Shown: positions 1-9,348 of the stretch, piece after piece
Layout of the letters: every line of letters starts with the position of its first letter
How positions within the stretch are numbered: the stretch's first letter is position 1
Program-made: the position numbers and the translations under genes
Source of the DNA: Nannocystis bainbridge
GTDB taxonomy: Bacteria; Myxococcota_A; Polyangia; Nannocystales; Nannocystaceae
DNA: 64,000 nucleotides
NCBI RefSeq assembly: GCF_028368995.1
Contig: NZ_JAQNDL010000001.1
Coordinates: 704,001-768,000 of the forward strand
Direction of reading: 5' to 3'
Notes under the pieces: model-generated
What the model saw: the letters and a program-made list of their open reading frames with translations, nothing else
Database searches by the model: none
What the model was told of the DNA's origin: nothing

Positions 1-833
1 ACCTGGCCCGCCGCCGTCTTGCGCGCCACATAATCGGCGTACATCGCGTTCTGGGCCGCCCGGCGGCTCGCCGCGTTGGCAGCATTGGTCCGCGCCACTT
101 GCTGCGCGTTGTGATAGCCGATGCTCTGGGCGTCGGCGACGGTGGCCGCCCCGCCCCCGGCGACGATCGCCCCGCGGTTGACGTCGGTGCCCGAGACCAC
201 CCCCGGCTCCGAGTGCATGCTGCGTTGCCACGCGTCGGAGATGCCGACGATCACCCCAGTGACGGCGAAGCCGGCCAGCGTCCCGCCCGCGAAGATCACC
301 GTCAGGTACACGCTCCCGTAGTCGAGGATCGTGTCGAGGAAGCTCCGCCGCGTCCCCTTGATCCGGACCGCCGGGCCGCCGATGAGCACGTTCTCCGAGC
401 CGGTCGCGATCTTCGCGTCGCACAGCAGCGCGTCGCCCTTGCGGGCCGCCGGCCGGCACGCGTAGAAGACCGTCTTGCTGCCCTCGACGATCGCCTTGGG
501 CCCGTGGTTGTAGACCACCGGGAAGTAGCACACCGAAAGATCGGTCACCGCCGCCGCGTCGCGGTTGTTGATCAGGACGTTCGAGGTCCCCGGTCCGACC
601 CCGCCGGTCTCGACCCCCGGGCTCGGCGCCAGCGCGTCGTAAAGCGCCGCCGCCCCGAGCCCCGCCGCCCCGCCGACCGCCGCCAGCCCGGCGATCGCCC
701 CCAGCGCCAGGCCGCCCGTGCCCACCACCAGCAGCCCGATCGCCACCGCCGCCACCGCACCGACGAAGAAGCCGAGCAGCTTCGACGAGTGCTTGATGGT
801 GTCGTCCATGCGGGCTGCCAGCGCGAAGCTCAT
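1..833 (-). CDS. prePAAR + transmembrane + PAAR-domain effector (T6SS-type), runs off the window start
   Basis: My translation from ATG at 833 (not in ORF track): MSFALAARMDDTIKH (prePAAR AARxxDxIxH motif), a Gly/Ala hydrophobic TM stretch, then PAAR-like GTSNVLINNRDAA...HGPKAIVEGSKTVFYACRPAARKGDALLCDAKIATGSENVLIGG and a second hydrophobic segment. No stop before position 1. Confidence 0.85.
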   Translation of the reverse strand, partial: MSFALAARMDDTIKHSSKLLGFFVGAVAAVAIGLLVVGTGGLALGAIAGLAAVGGAAGLGAAALYDALAPSPGVETGGVGPGTSNVLINNRDAAAVTDLSVCYFPVVYNHGPKAIVEGSKTVFYACRPAARKGDALLCDAKIATGSENVLIGGPAVRIKGTRRSFLDTILDYGSVYLTVIFAGGTLAGFAVTGVIVGISDAWQRSMHSEPGVVSGTDVNRGAIVAGGGAATVADAQSIGYHNAQQVARTNAANAASRRAAQNAMYADYVARKTAAGQ

Positions 834-849
834 GACAACCTCCCTCGCG

Positions 850-1311
850 TCACGGACGGTTCGGATCGGCCGGCGGCGTCACCGTGGCAGTGGCGAGGAT
901 CTCGTCCCACAGCGGCTGGATCTCGCGGACCCCCTTGCGGGTCGCCGACATCACGATCGACACCACGCTGCCCTTCATGTCGATCGCCACCACCTGGCGC
1001 TGCTCGTACTCGACCCCGCGGGCGGTCAGCGTATAGAGAAACTCGCCCGCCGGCACCGAACCGAGGGTGCGGCTGCGGCGGTCGATCAGCGCGAACTCCG
1101 GCATCGTCCGCGCGAACTCCACCAGCATCCCGTCCATGTATTGCTGCAGCGTCGTCCGCGGGTCGATCGACTCGCGCCGCACCACCACCGACGCGCCCTT
1201 CTCGCCCTCTTCGCCGTTGGAGAACACCACCATCGCGTTGCGCTTCCACGTCGGCGGCACCGCCAGCTGCACGCCCTCGCCGGCGTTGATCAGGTTGTTG
1301 GGTGTAGCCAT
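850..1311 (-). CDS. Eag/DcrB (DUF1795-like) effector chaperone
   Basis: MATPNNLINAGEGVQLAVPPTW...ASVVVRRE...TLQQYMDGMLVEFARTMPEF...VEYEQRQV pattern, directly upstream of the prePAAR gene as expected for Eag chaperones. Confidence 0.75.
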   Translation of the reverse strand: MATPNNLINAGEGVQLAVPPTWKRNAMVVFSNGEEGEKGASVVVRRESIDPRTTLQQYMDGMLVEFARTMPEFALIDRRSRTLGSVPAGEFLYTLTARGVEYEQRQVVAIDMKGSVVSIVMSATRKGVREIQPLWDEILATATVTPPADPNRP

Positions 1312-1720
1312 CGCAATCAGCCTCTCCGTCGCCGCGAGCCCACGGTCCGATCGACCTATCCTGTCCCCGCGACGGCTGTCAAGGCGGAGTCGCCCGCGAA
1401 TGCGAGCACCCGCCCGCTCGCGCCCACCGCCGCGGCCGAGCGCGCTCGGGCGGCGCGGCAGCGAGCGCCGACGGGCGACCGGCACCACGCATATTCGTGT
1501 CATTCACGGCGGGTGTCGTCTACCCCGCGCAAACACGGTGCCCAGATTCGCCCGCGCCTATCGTCGCACCCGCCGCTCGCCGCGAAATGTATCGACCGCG
1601 AAAGGATTCGGACGGGGCTCGAGCCGCGCGGCGAATGATAGGATCCTACCACGGGGCGCGCTCCGGTGGCCCAGGCCCGCGCTCCGTCGAACCGACCGAC
1701 GAACGCCGCCGAGCCGGCGC

Positions 1721-2620
1721 TCAGAACACCCACGTATAGCCGCCGCTGACACTCGCGCTCAGCTCGCCCCCGCCGCTGAGCGACACCACGATGCCGACGG
1801 GCGCCGGCGTCGTCTCGCCGCTGACGAGCGCGAGCCACCCGGCCTCGTCGTCGGGCACGGCGAAGACCACCTGAAGGCCGGCGCCCGGGCCGACCGCGAC
1901 CTCGACGGTCACCGCGAAGTACGGGCCCTTCAGATCGGCGGGCCGCGGCGTCCACACGCCGAGCTGGTCCCCCAGCGACGCGCCGATCGAGACCGCCACC
2001 CCGCCGACCCCGAAGAAGCCGCCGATCGCCGCCGCGTCGGGCAACGTGCACGCGTAGCCGAAGCAGCCCTCGGCGCCTGCCCCGTAGGCCGCGCTGCCGC
2101 CCCCGCCCAGCGACAGCGTGGCGAACTTTCCGCACGTCGCGGCGATCGCCCGCAGCTCGGGCCGGCCTGCCAGCGCCTTCACCGACGCCAGCGTCACCGC
2201 GTCACGCTGCCTGCCGGCCGCGGCGAGGACGACCCGCTCGAATTCCGCCGCGCCCCTGGCGTCGGCGAGCAGCGCCGTCCCGCCCGCGACCATCGCGTCG
2301 ATCAGCGCCTTCTGCCCGCGGACCGTCGCCATCGCCGCGGCGAGCAGCAGGTCGACGAGGCCGTCGTCGAGCCAGCGCTCCAGCGCCGCCAGCGTCTCGT
2401 TCCACGCGCTCTCGCCCAGCCGCAGCGCGTCTTCGTACGTCGATTCCGCCAGCGCCCCGGCCTGCGCGCCGACGCCTGCGAGCGTCGACCCGGCGACGTC
2501 CGCCCCCTGCACGGCCCCGTCGGCGACCTTGTCGGCCGCGTCCTTGACCGCGCCCGTCGCCTTGTGGGTCGCCTTCTTCAACTTCTTGCCGGCCTTCTTG
2601 AACGCCTTGCCGATACCCAT
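1721..2620 (-). CDS. hypothetical protein (Lys-rich amphipathic N-terminus, Gly-rich beta-strand C-terminus)
   Basis: MGIGKAFKKAGKKLKK..., AAGGGAG RBS upstream, strong GC3 bias, ends ...SGGYTWVF. Confidence 0.7.
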   Translation of the reverse strand: MGIGKAFKKAGKKLKKATHKATGAVKDAADKVADGAVQGADVAGSTLAGVGAQAGALAESTYEDALRLGESAWNETLAALERWLDDGLVDLLLAAAMATVRGQKALIDAMVAGGTALLADARGAAEFERVVLAAAGRQRDAVTLASVKALAGRPELRAIAATCGKFATLSLGGGGSAAYGAGAEGCFGYACTLPDAAAIGGFFGVGGVAVSIGASLGDQLGVWTPRPADLKGPYFAVTVEVAVGPGAGLQVVFAVPDDEAGWLALVSGETTPAPVGIVVSLSGGGELSASVSGGYTWVF

Positions 2621-2860
2621 ATGCAGTGCTCCCTTCGAGGAGCTGCGGTGATAGCCAGGCGATGTGGAGAGAGTATGGAGGAGGCGCTCGTCGCATTCGC
2701 GCGCACGTCTCATTCATGACACCGACGTCGAGCGGCGAGGTCTGCCATCGCCCAGAAGCACGGCCGTCATGCGCTCCGCCCTCGGCGGCGCCGCGGCCAG
2801 GAAGCGCGCATCGCCGCCCCGCGACCGCCCCGCGAGCGAGCGCCCGCGGGGCGCACGACC

Positions 2861-4939
2861 TCACGGCTTCAGCGTCAGCGTCAGCGTCACGCTGTCGAGC
2901 GTGCCGGTGTCCTGCGGCGCCCGGTCGCCGGCGCAGAACTTCCACACGCCCTTGGCCGAAACGCCGTCGAAGTCGCCGAAGTTGAGGCCGGGGCCCGCGC
3001 CGTGGTTGGGGAAGTAGTCGCAGGCCCCATCGCCCTGGCACACCACCCCGCTGTCGGCCAGCGTGTTGCCCATCAGCTCGGCGTCCTTGACCCCGCCGTC
3101 GCGGAACAGCACGGGGAAGTCCTTCGACAGGTTGGAGCTGTCGCCGGCGGTCCCGGACGTGCCGTCGTCGGCGAACTCGGTGTAGCCGGGCCGGCTCATC
3201 ACCGTCAGCACCTTGGCGCCGCCGGGGCTGACCAGCTTGAACACCAGGTCGCCGATCCACGTGTGCGTGATGCCGACCTGCAGCGTGACGTCGTCGACCT
3301 TGTTGGCGTTGACGACGTTGAGGTCGACGCAGACCATCTGCGCCAGCTGCCCCTTGTACATGTTGTCGGGCACGGCCGCGCCCAGGCCGGTGAGCTTGAC
3401 CTGCGCGCCGAGCTCGAGCTTGCAGCTGGCGTCGCAGCCGTCGCCGGCCACCGCGTTGCCGTCGTCGCACTGCTCGAGGTCCATGCGGATGAACCCGTCG
3501 CCGCACTTGGCGGTCTTGCACTGCGCGCACGCGTCGGTGTCGACGAGGTTGCCGTCGTCGCACTCCTCGACGCCCGCCTGCACCTTCGCGTCGCCGCAGG
3601 TCGCCGTCTGGCACGACGACGTGCACGCCGCGTCGTCGGCGTTGGCCTGGCCCTCGTCGCACGTCTCGCCCGGCTGGACGAAGCCGTCGCCGCACGCCGC
3701 GTTCTTGCACACCGCCGTGCAGGCGTCGTCGTTGCTCTGATTGCCGTCGTCGCACTCCTCGCCGGGGCCCTTGAAGCCGTCGCCGCAGACGTTGTCGGTG
3801 CAGTCCGCCTTGCAGGCCTTGTCGTCGCCGTTCATGGCCCCCTCGTCGCACTGCTCGTGGTTGTCCCACACCAGGCCGTCGCCGCAGGCCGCCAGCTTGC
3901 AGCCGAACGTGCAGTCGCCGGTGTCCTTGTTGAGCGGACCGGCGTCGCAGGTCTCCATCAAGCTGGCCTGGGTGAACCCGTCGCCGCACACCGGCGCCTT
4001 GCAGAGGCTCGTGCACGCGTCGTCGTTGTCGGCGTTCCCGTCGTCGCAGACCTCGCCGACGTCCATCGTCCCGTTGCCGCACGCCTCGAGCTCGCAGGCC
4101 GCGTTGCAGCCGTCGCCCGGCGCGTCGTTGCCGTCGTCGCAGGCCTCGCTCGGGCTCGGATCGCCGTCGCCGCACACGTTGGCGACGCAGCCCTCCAGGC
4201 ACTCCTGCCCGGGCCCGTTGTCCTTGCCGAGATCGCAGGCCTCGACCCCGTCCAGCACGAAGCCGTCGCCGCAGGCCGCCAGCTTGCACGTCGGCGTACA
4301 CATCGCGCCCTGCCCGTTGCCCGCCCCGTCGTCGCACTCCTCGCCGACGCCGTCCTGGATCAGCGAATCACCGCACGCCGCCAGGGTGCACGCATTGGTG
4401 CACGCGTCGGTGTCGACGTCGTTGCCGTCGTCGCACGCCTCCATCAGCCCGGCGATGCCGTCACCGCACTCGGGCACCGCGCACGCGTTGGTGCACGCGT
4501 CGCCGTCGCGGCGGTTGCCGTCGTCGCAGCCCTCGCCCGGCCCGACCGCCCCGTCGCCGCACTCGTTCGGCGAACAGTCGGCCTTGCAGGCCTTGTCGTC
4601 GCCGTTGTCGGCCCCGTTGTCACAGCCCTCGCCGGCCTCGACCACCCCGTTGCCGCACTCCACCGGCGCGCCGGTCGTCGAGTCGGTGTCCGTGTCGGTC
4701 GGGTCGGTCGTGGTGGTGGTCGTGGTCCCGTCCGTCGAGGTCCCGGTCGTCGGCGCCGTCGTCGTCGAGGTCGTCGGTGTGCCCGTGCTCGCCTCCACGT
4801 CCGTCGTCGCGTCGGTGCTCGTCCCGTCGGTCCCCGTCTCCGAGGTCGTCGCGCTCGGTCCGCTGCACCCGACCACCAGCGCCGCGGTCACCGCCAGCGC
4901 GCCCACCTCTCGCTCGCCAATCCAACGATTCCATCGCAT
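2861..4939 (-). CDS. Myxococcus Cys-rich repeat (DUF4215-type) lipoprotein with C-terminal proprotein-convertase P-domain
   Basis: Lipobox LVVGC, Thr-rich linker, 13 CG[DN][GSA]...CD.G repeats, then a P-domain signature ITHTWIGDLVFKLVSPGG...GVWK...DTGTLDSVTLTL. Confidence 0.85.
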   Translation of the reverse strand: MRWNRWIGEREVGALAVTAALVVGCSGPSATTSETGTDGTSTDATTDVEASTGTPTTSTTTAPTTGTSTDGTTTTTTTDPTDTDTDSTTGAPVECGNGVVEAGEGCDNGADNGDDKACKADCSPNECGDGAVGPGEGCDDGNRRDGDACTNACAVPECGDGIAGLMEACDDGNDVDTDACTNACTLAACGDSLIQDGVGEECDDGAGNGQGAMCTPTCKLAACGDGFVLDGVEACDLGKDNGPGQECLEGCVANVCGDGDPSPSEACDDGNDAPGDGCNAACELEACGNGTMDVGEVCDDGNADNDDACTSLCKAPVCGDGFTQASLMETCDAGPLNKDTGDCTFGCKLAACGDGLVWDNHEQCDEGAMNGDDKACKADCTDNVCGDGFKGPGEECDDGNQSNDDACTAVCKNAACGDGFVQPGETCDEGQANADDAACTSSCQTATCGDAKVQAGVEECDDGNLVDTDACAQCKTAKCGDGFIRMDLEQCDDGNAVAGDGCDASCKLELGAQVKLTGLGAAVPDNMYKGQLAQMVCVDLNVVNANKVDDVTLQVGITHTWIGDLVFKLVSPGGAKVLTVMSRPGYTEFADDGTSGTAGDSSNLSKDFPVLFRDGGVKDAELMGNTLADSGVVCQGDGACDYFPNHGAGPGLNFGDFDGVSAKGVWKFCAGDRAPQDTGTLDSVTLTLTLKP

Positions 4940-5180
4940 CGGCGCACATTAGAGCGGCCCCGCGACGCCGGCAACGCGCAATGTCGTGCGCCGCTGCAGT
5001 CGCCGACACTCGTATGATTCCGCCCCCGGGTGGAACTCCTCGCGGGCGACCGCAGACTTCGACGCCAGCGCCCCGTCAGGGCCCGCGTCTCCACTCGCGG
5101 GTCCGCGCCCACACCACGCATCACCCCTCGGGGATGGCACACGCACGCGCGGACCGACGCCCGCGGCGAGTCCCCATCAC

Positions 5181-5633
5181 TTACGACGGCGGCGCACACA
5201 CGCACGCGCAGGCCGGATGCGCGGCGCCGTCTGGGTCGCCGGCCTCGCACGCGTCGTAGCCGAGCGGATCGGCGGTGCAACCATTGACCAGCCGCGTGAT
5301 GCCCGGCGCCTCCTCGCGGAAGGCGGGCGCGATCAGCCGCTCCGGCGCCTCCCCGTCGCCCTGGCAGCCGCGGATCGGCAGACAGGCCGGCGGGCCCGGC
5401 GTGTCGACATAGGCCACGCAGCGCAGCTCGTCCGCGGTCTCGCAATCGCCCGTGACGACCACGCTCCGCACCCACGCGCAGCGAAACTCCGCCCCGCCGG
5501 ACGCCAGGCAGGCCTCGTTCGTCTCGGCGGCCGCGCACTCCCGCATCGCCTCCGCCGTCCGCTCGTCCTCGCGCCCCTCGCAGCCGGTCGCCGCCAGCGA
5601 CAGCAGCGCCACGAGTCCTTTCAATGATGACAT
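5181..5633 (-). CDS. small Cys-rich lipoprotein
   Basis: MSSLKGLVALLSLAATGC lipobox, many Cys; follows cfa on the same strand. Confidence 0.7.
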   Translation of the reverse strand: MSSLKGLVALLSLAATGCEGREDERTAEAMRECAAAETNEACLASGGAEFRCAWVRSVVVTGDCETADELRCVAYVDTPGPPACLPIRGCQGDGEAPERLIAPAFREEAPGITRLVNGCTADPLGYDACEAGDPDGAAHPACACVCAPPS

Positions 5634-5651
5634 GCGCATGCCCGCTCCTCC

Positions 5652-6785
5652 TCACCGCAGCGAGCGGTACCCGCCCGCCACGCCGCGCTTCGACAGCACG
5701 ATCTGCCACAGTTGATTGCGACAGCCGGCGCGGAACGACCCTGCCATCGTCTGCAAATAATAGCTCCACATCCGCCGAAACCGCGCCGGCATCGCCGCCC
5801 CGCGGGCCTCCGCGTGGGCCACGAAGTTCGCGTGCCAGGCCATCACCGTGCGGTCGTAGTCGGCGCGGAAGTTGTGCCAGTCCTCGATCACGAACAGCCC
5901 GTGGGCCGCCCGGCTGATGTCGGCGGTGGCCGGCAGGGCCCCGTTGGGGAAGATGTGGCGATTGAGCCACGCGTCGGTGCGCCCGTGCTCGTTGCCGATC
6001 GTGTGCAGCAAGAACAGCCCGTCGTCGCGCAGCAGCCGGTGCGCCGACTCGAAGAACGCCCGGTAGTTGCGGTGGCCGACGTGCTCGAACATGCCGACGC
6101 TGGCCAGCTTGTCGAACGGGCCCATGCCCAGCAGCGCCGGGTCGCGCCAGTCGAGCGCGTGGTAGCTGCCGCCGTGCCCTTCGTCGTGCGCGGCCGCCCA
6201 GTCGCGCTGCGGCGCCGACACCGTGATCCCGGTCGCTCGCGCCCCGCGGCTGGCGATCGCGTGGCGGACCAGCCCGCCCCAGCCGCAGCCGATGTCGAGC
6301 AGCGACTCACCTGTCCCGAGGTACAGCTTGGAACAGACCAGCTCGAACTTGGCCCGCTGGGCCGCGTCGAGGTCCGCGGCCGCGCGCCAGTAGCCGCACG
6401 AGTAGGCCATCGTCGGCCCCAGCATCGCCGCGAACAGCTCGGTGTCGAGGTCGTAGTGGACCTCCGCCACCTGGCCCGAGCGCCCCGTCGTCTGCAGGTT
6501 CACCAGCCGCGACGCCGTCGCCAGCGCCGCCGTGCGCCAGTCGAGCACCGCCTCGTCGCCGCTGGTCGCCAGCACCCGCGCCGTCAGCTCGTCGATCGCC
6601 GCGCAGTCCCACCAGCCGTCCATGTAGCTGTCGCCGAGCGCCAGCGACCCGCCGAGCGCGACCCGCCGCCACAGCCGCGGGTCGTGCACGTGGATGTCCC
6701 ATGGGTCAGGTCCGCCCACGCGCGCCCCGGCGCGCTCCAGCGCCCGCTCGACCGCCCGGCGCGCCGCGCTGTCGAGCCCGCCCAC
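5652..6785 (-). CDS. cfa: cyclopropane-fatty-acyl-phospholipid synthase
   Basis: GSLALGDSYMDGWWDC, HYDL, MAYSCGYW, AQRAK, LLDIGCGWGG, SVGMFEHVG, IFPNG motifs. Confidence 0.9.
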   Translation of the reverse strand: MGGLDSAARRAVERALERAGARVGGPDPWDIHVHDPRLWRRVALGGSLALGDSYMDGWWDCAAIDELTARVLATSGDEAVLDWRTAALATASRLVNLQTTGRSGQVAEVHYDLDTELFAAMLGPTMAYSCGYWRAAADLDAAQRAKFELVCSKLYLGTGESLLDIGCGWGGLVRHAIASRGARATGITVSAPQRDWAAAHDEGHGGSYHALDWRDPALLGMGPFDKLASVGMFEHVGHRNYRAFFESAHRLLRDDGLFLLHTIGNEHGRTDAWLNRHIFPNGALPATADISRAAHGLFVIEDWHNFRADYDRTVMAWHANFVAHAEARGAAMPARFRRMWSYYLQTMAGSFRAGCRNQLWQIVLSKRGVAGGYRSLR

Positions 6786-6786
6786 G

Positions 6787-7557
6787 TCAGTCCCGCTTCT
6801 TGAGGCCCGCCAGCGCGCTGGCCTGGGCGCGCACGCTGTCGGGGGCCATGACGACCTGCATCGCCATGCGGTCGAGCTCCGGGTGCGCGGCGATCGCCGC
6901 CATCGTCGGCTGCTGCAGCGCCAGCTTGCTGGCCGCGTAGGCCGACGCGCTGTCGACCCCGATCCGCCGCGCCTCTGCCAGCGCCGTCGCCAGCAGCTGC
7001 TCGGGCGCGACCACGCGGTGCAGCACCCCGAGCCGCTCGGCCGCGGCGACGTCGTAGAGCTGGCCCGACAGCGTCATCGCGGCGGTCGCCGGCGTGCCGA
7101 TCGCGTAGCGCACCATCTCGATGTACGTCCACGGCATCGGGATCCCGACCGGCACCTCGTTGATGGCGAAGCGGGCCCGGCCCTCGGCGCCGACCCGCAC
7201 GTCGCACGCGACCGCCAGGATCAGCCCGCCGGCGAAGGTGTTGCCGTTGATCGCCGCGACCGTGCGCCGCGGCAGGCTGAACACCCGTAACAGACTGCGG
7301 CGGAATTCGTCGAACCACGCCTGCAGCTCGTCCATGTCGTTGCGGGCGAACCGCGGGAACACGTCCTCGAAGTCGAGCCCCGCCGAGAACGTCTTGCCTT
7401 CCGCCGTCAGCACCACCGGCAGCGCCGGGTGGTCGTGCTCGACCGCGTCGAACGCGGCGTGCAGGTCGGCGAAGAACTCCGGGTTCATGCGGTTGACCGG
7501 GTTCGAGCGCATCGTGACGATCACGGCGCCCTCGCTGCGCTCCACGCTCCACTTCAT
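6787..7557 (-). CDS. enoyl-CoA hydratase/isomerase (crotonase) family protein
   Basis: Start MKWSVERSEG; FSAGLD, TVAAINGNTFAGGLILAVACDVR, INEVPVGIPMP motifs; start overlaps the upstream stop. Confidence 0.88.
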   Translation of the reverse strand: MKWSVERSEGAVIVTMRSNPVNRMNPEFFADLHAAFDAVEHDHPALPVVLTAEGKTFSAGLDFEDVFPRFARNDMDELQAWFDEFRRSLLRVFSLPRRTVAAINGNTFAGGLILAVACDVRVGAEGRARFAINEVPVGIPMPWTYIEMVRYAIGTPATAAMTLSGQLYDVAAAERLGVLHRVVAPEQLLATALAEARRIGVDSASAYAASKLALQQPTMAAIAAHPELDRMAMQVVMAPDSVRAQASALAGLKKRD

Positions 7558-8420
7558 ACGAATGGCTCCCCGCGCTCGCTGGCGCCGGCTGTCCCTTGCG
7601 ACAGGTTGCTCGGCGTCTTCAGGTCCCACACCAGGCCGAGCGCCGCCCACAGGCGCAGCACGTACCAGCCGACGTCGAACTCCCACCACACGTGGCCCTG
7701 GCGGGCCGACGACGAGAACCGGTGATGATTGTTGTGAAACTCGCCGAGCGCCAGGACCCCGAGCGGCCAGTGGTTGCGGCTGAAGTCCTCGCAGGCGTAG
7801 CGGCGGTAGCCGCCCCAGGCGTGGCTGAACGACTGCACCCAGTGCGTGATCTCCCAGATCAGCACCGTCGGCAGCAGCCCGCCCCACAGCACGCCCTCCG
7901 CCCCCCGATGACAGTAGAGCCCGGCGCACATCGCCGCGAACGGCACGAAGTGCCAGGTGTCGAGCCAGCGCAATTCGGGGTAGCGCGCCAGGTCCGGGAT
8001 CGCCTCGAGGTGGGTCACGCGGTGGCGGCGGTCGAGGAACCACAGGTAATGCGAATAGAAGAACCCCTGGTAATGCGGCGAGTGCAGGTCGCGGCTGGTG
8101 TCGGCGTTGCGGTGGTGGCGGCGGTGCGTCTCGGCCCACCAGATCACCCCGCCCTGCAGGGTCGTGCTGCCGAGCAGCGCCAGCAGGAACTGGAACGGCC
8201 GCGACGTCTTGAACGCGCGGTGGGCGAAATATCGGTGGAACCCGACCGTCAGCGCGAACATCCGCGCCGCGAAGCAGGCGGCGAACAGCGCGAACGCCGG
8301 CCACGACAGCCCGGTGACGACCACCCCGAGGCACAGCGCGTGGACCAGCAGGTAGAAGCCCGCCGCCGACCACGAGAGCTGCGCCAGCGGCAGCGAAGCC
8401 TTGCGCCGGTCGTCTCGCAT
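7554..8420 (-). CDS. acyl-CoA (delta-9 type) fatty acid desaturase
   Basis: His boxes HRYFAH, HRRHH, HNNHHRF; DLHSP; WWEFDVGW. Confidence 0.9.
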   Translation of the reverse strand: MRDDRRKASLPLAQLSWSAAGFYLLVHALCLGVVVTGLSWPAFALFAACFAARMFALTVGFHRYFAHRAFKTSRPFQFLLALLGSTTLQGGVIWWAETHRRHHRNADTSRDLHSPHYQGFFYSHYLWFLDRRHRVTHLEAIPDLARYPELRWLDTWHFVPFAAMCAGLYCHRGAEGVLWGGLLPTVLIWEITHWVQSFSHAWGGYRRYACEDFSRNHWPLGVLALGEFHNNHHRFSSSARQGHVWWEFDVGWYVLRLWAALGLVWDLKTPSNLSQGTAGASERGEPFV

Positions 8421-8424
8421 CGCC

Positions 8425-9216
8425 TCAGCTCCCGGCCGCCTCGAGCGGCCCCGCGTCGCCCGGGCGCACCGCCGGCAGCGGCGCCCCCGGCCGCCACTTG
8501 CGGTCGTACACGTAGAGCTCGCGCGCCAGCCCGCACGCCGCCAGCGCGCGGATGACCGCCCAGCCGACGTCGAACTCCCACCAGCGGTTCGAGAACTTGG
8601 CCGAGCGCGGGAACCGGTGATGGTTGTTGTGAAGCTCCTCGCCGGCGATCACCAGCGCCAGCGGGACCACGTTGCGGCTGCCGTCGCGGGTCGCGTGATT
8701 GCGGTACCCCGCGTGGTGCCCGAGCCCGTTGATCACCCCGGCGCACAGCGGCATCCACATCAATTGCAGCACGAACCCCAGCAGCCCCAGCCCCGGCCCC
8801 AGCAGCCCGACATAGATGGCAGCCAGCAGCAGCAGCCCGAGGTTGCTGCGGCCCTCGTAGAGGCCCCGCTCGAGCCAATCGTCGGGGCAGTCGTGGCCGA
8901 ACCGCCGCAGCGTCGCCTCGTTGGTGCTCTCGCGGAAGTAATAGCGGTACCCGGCGAAGAAGATCTGCGCGATCCCGTGGACCACCGGCGAGTGTGGGTC
9001 GCCCTCGCGGTCGACGTAGGCGTGGTGCTTGCGGTGCACCGCCACCCACGCGCGCACCCGCGTGCCCGTGGTCAAGAAGATGAGGAAGCGGAACACGTGC
9101 GCCGGCAGCGGGTGCAGCGCGACCGCCCGGTGGGCCAGCGCGCGGTGGGCATAGACGCTGATGCTGATGTTGGCCAGCCAGCCGAACCCGACGCAAAGAA
9201 GGAGGACCTGGAGCAC
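8425..9216 (-). CDS. fatty acid desaturase (DesA-like)
   Basis: His boxes HRALAH, HRKHH, GEELHNNHH; GDPHSP; WWEFDVGW. Start uncertain (GTG 9216 or 9249). Confidence 0.88.
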   Translation of the reverse strand: MLQVLLLCVGFGWLANISISVYAHRALAHRAVALHPLPAHVFRFLIFLTTGTRVRAWVAVHRKHHAYVDREGDPHSPVVHGIAQIFFAGYRYYFRESTNEATLRRFGHDCPDDWLERGLYEGRSNLGLLLLAAIYVGLLGPGLGLLGFVLQLMWMPLCAGVINGLGHHAGYRNHATRDGSRNVVPLALVIAGEELHNNHHRFPRSAKFSNRWWEFDVGWAVIRALAACGLARELYVYDRKWRPGAPLPAVRPGDAGPLEAAGS

Positions 9217-9305
9217 CGCGCCGATCCTTATCAGGCGCCGCCCGGGCAAGTCAACGCCGCCCGCGCCCCGCGCCCCGCCGGCTCGCCCCGGCCCGCTTCA
9301 CCCCA

Positions 9306-9343
9306 TGACATGACCTTTGGGCCATGCCGCATCGCGCATGTCC
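9306..9343. repeat. 14-bp-phased CATG palindrome array (3 units)
   Basis: CATG at 9309, 9323, 9337, just beyond the stop of the HTTM gene. Confidence 0.7.
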
Positions 9344-9348
9344 CAAAG

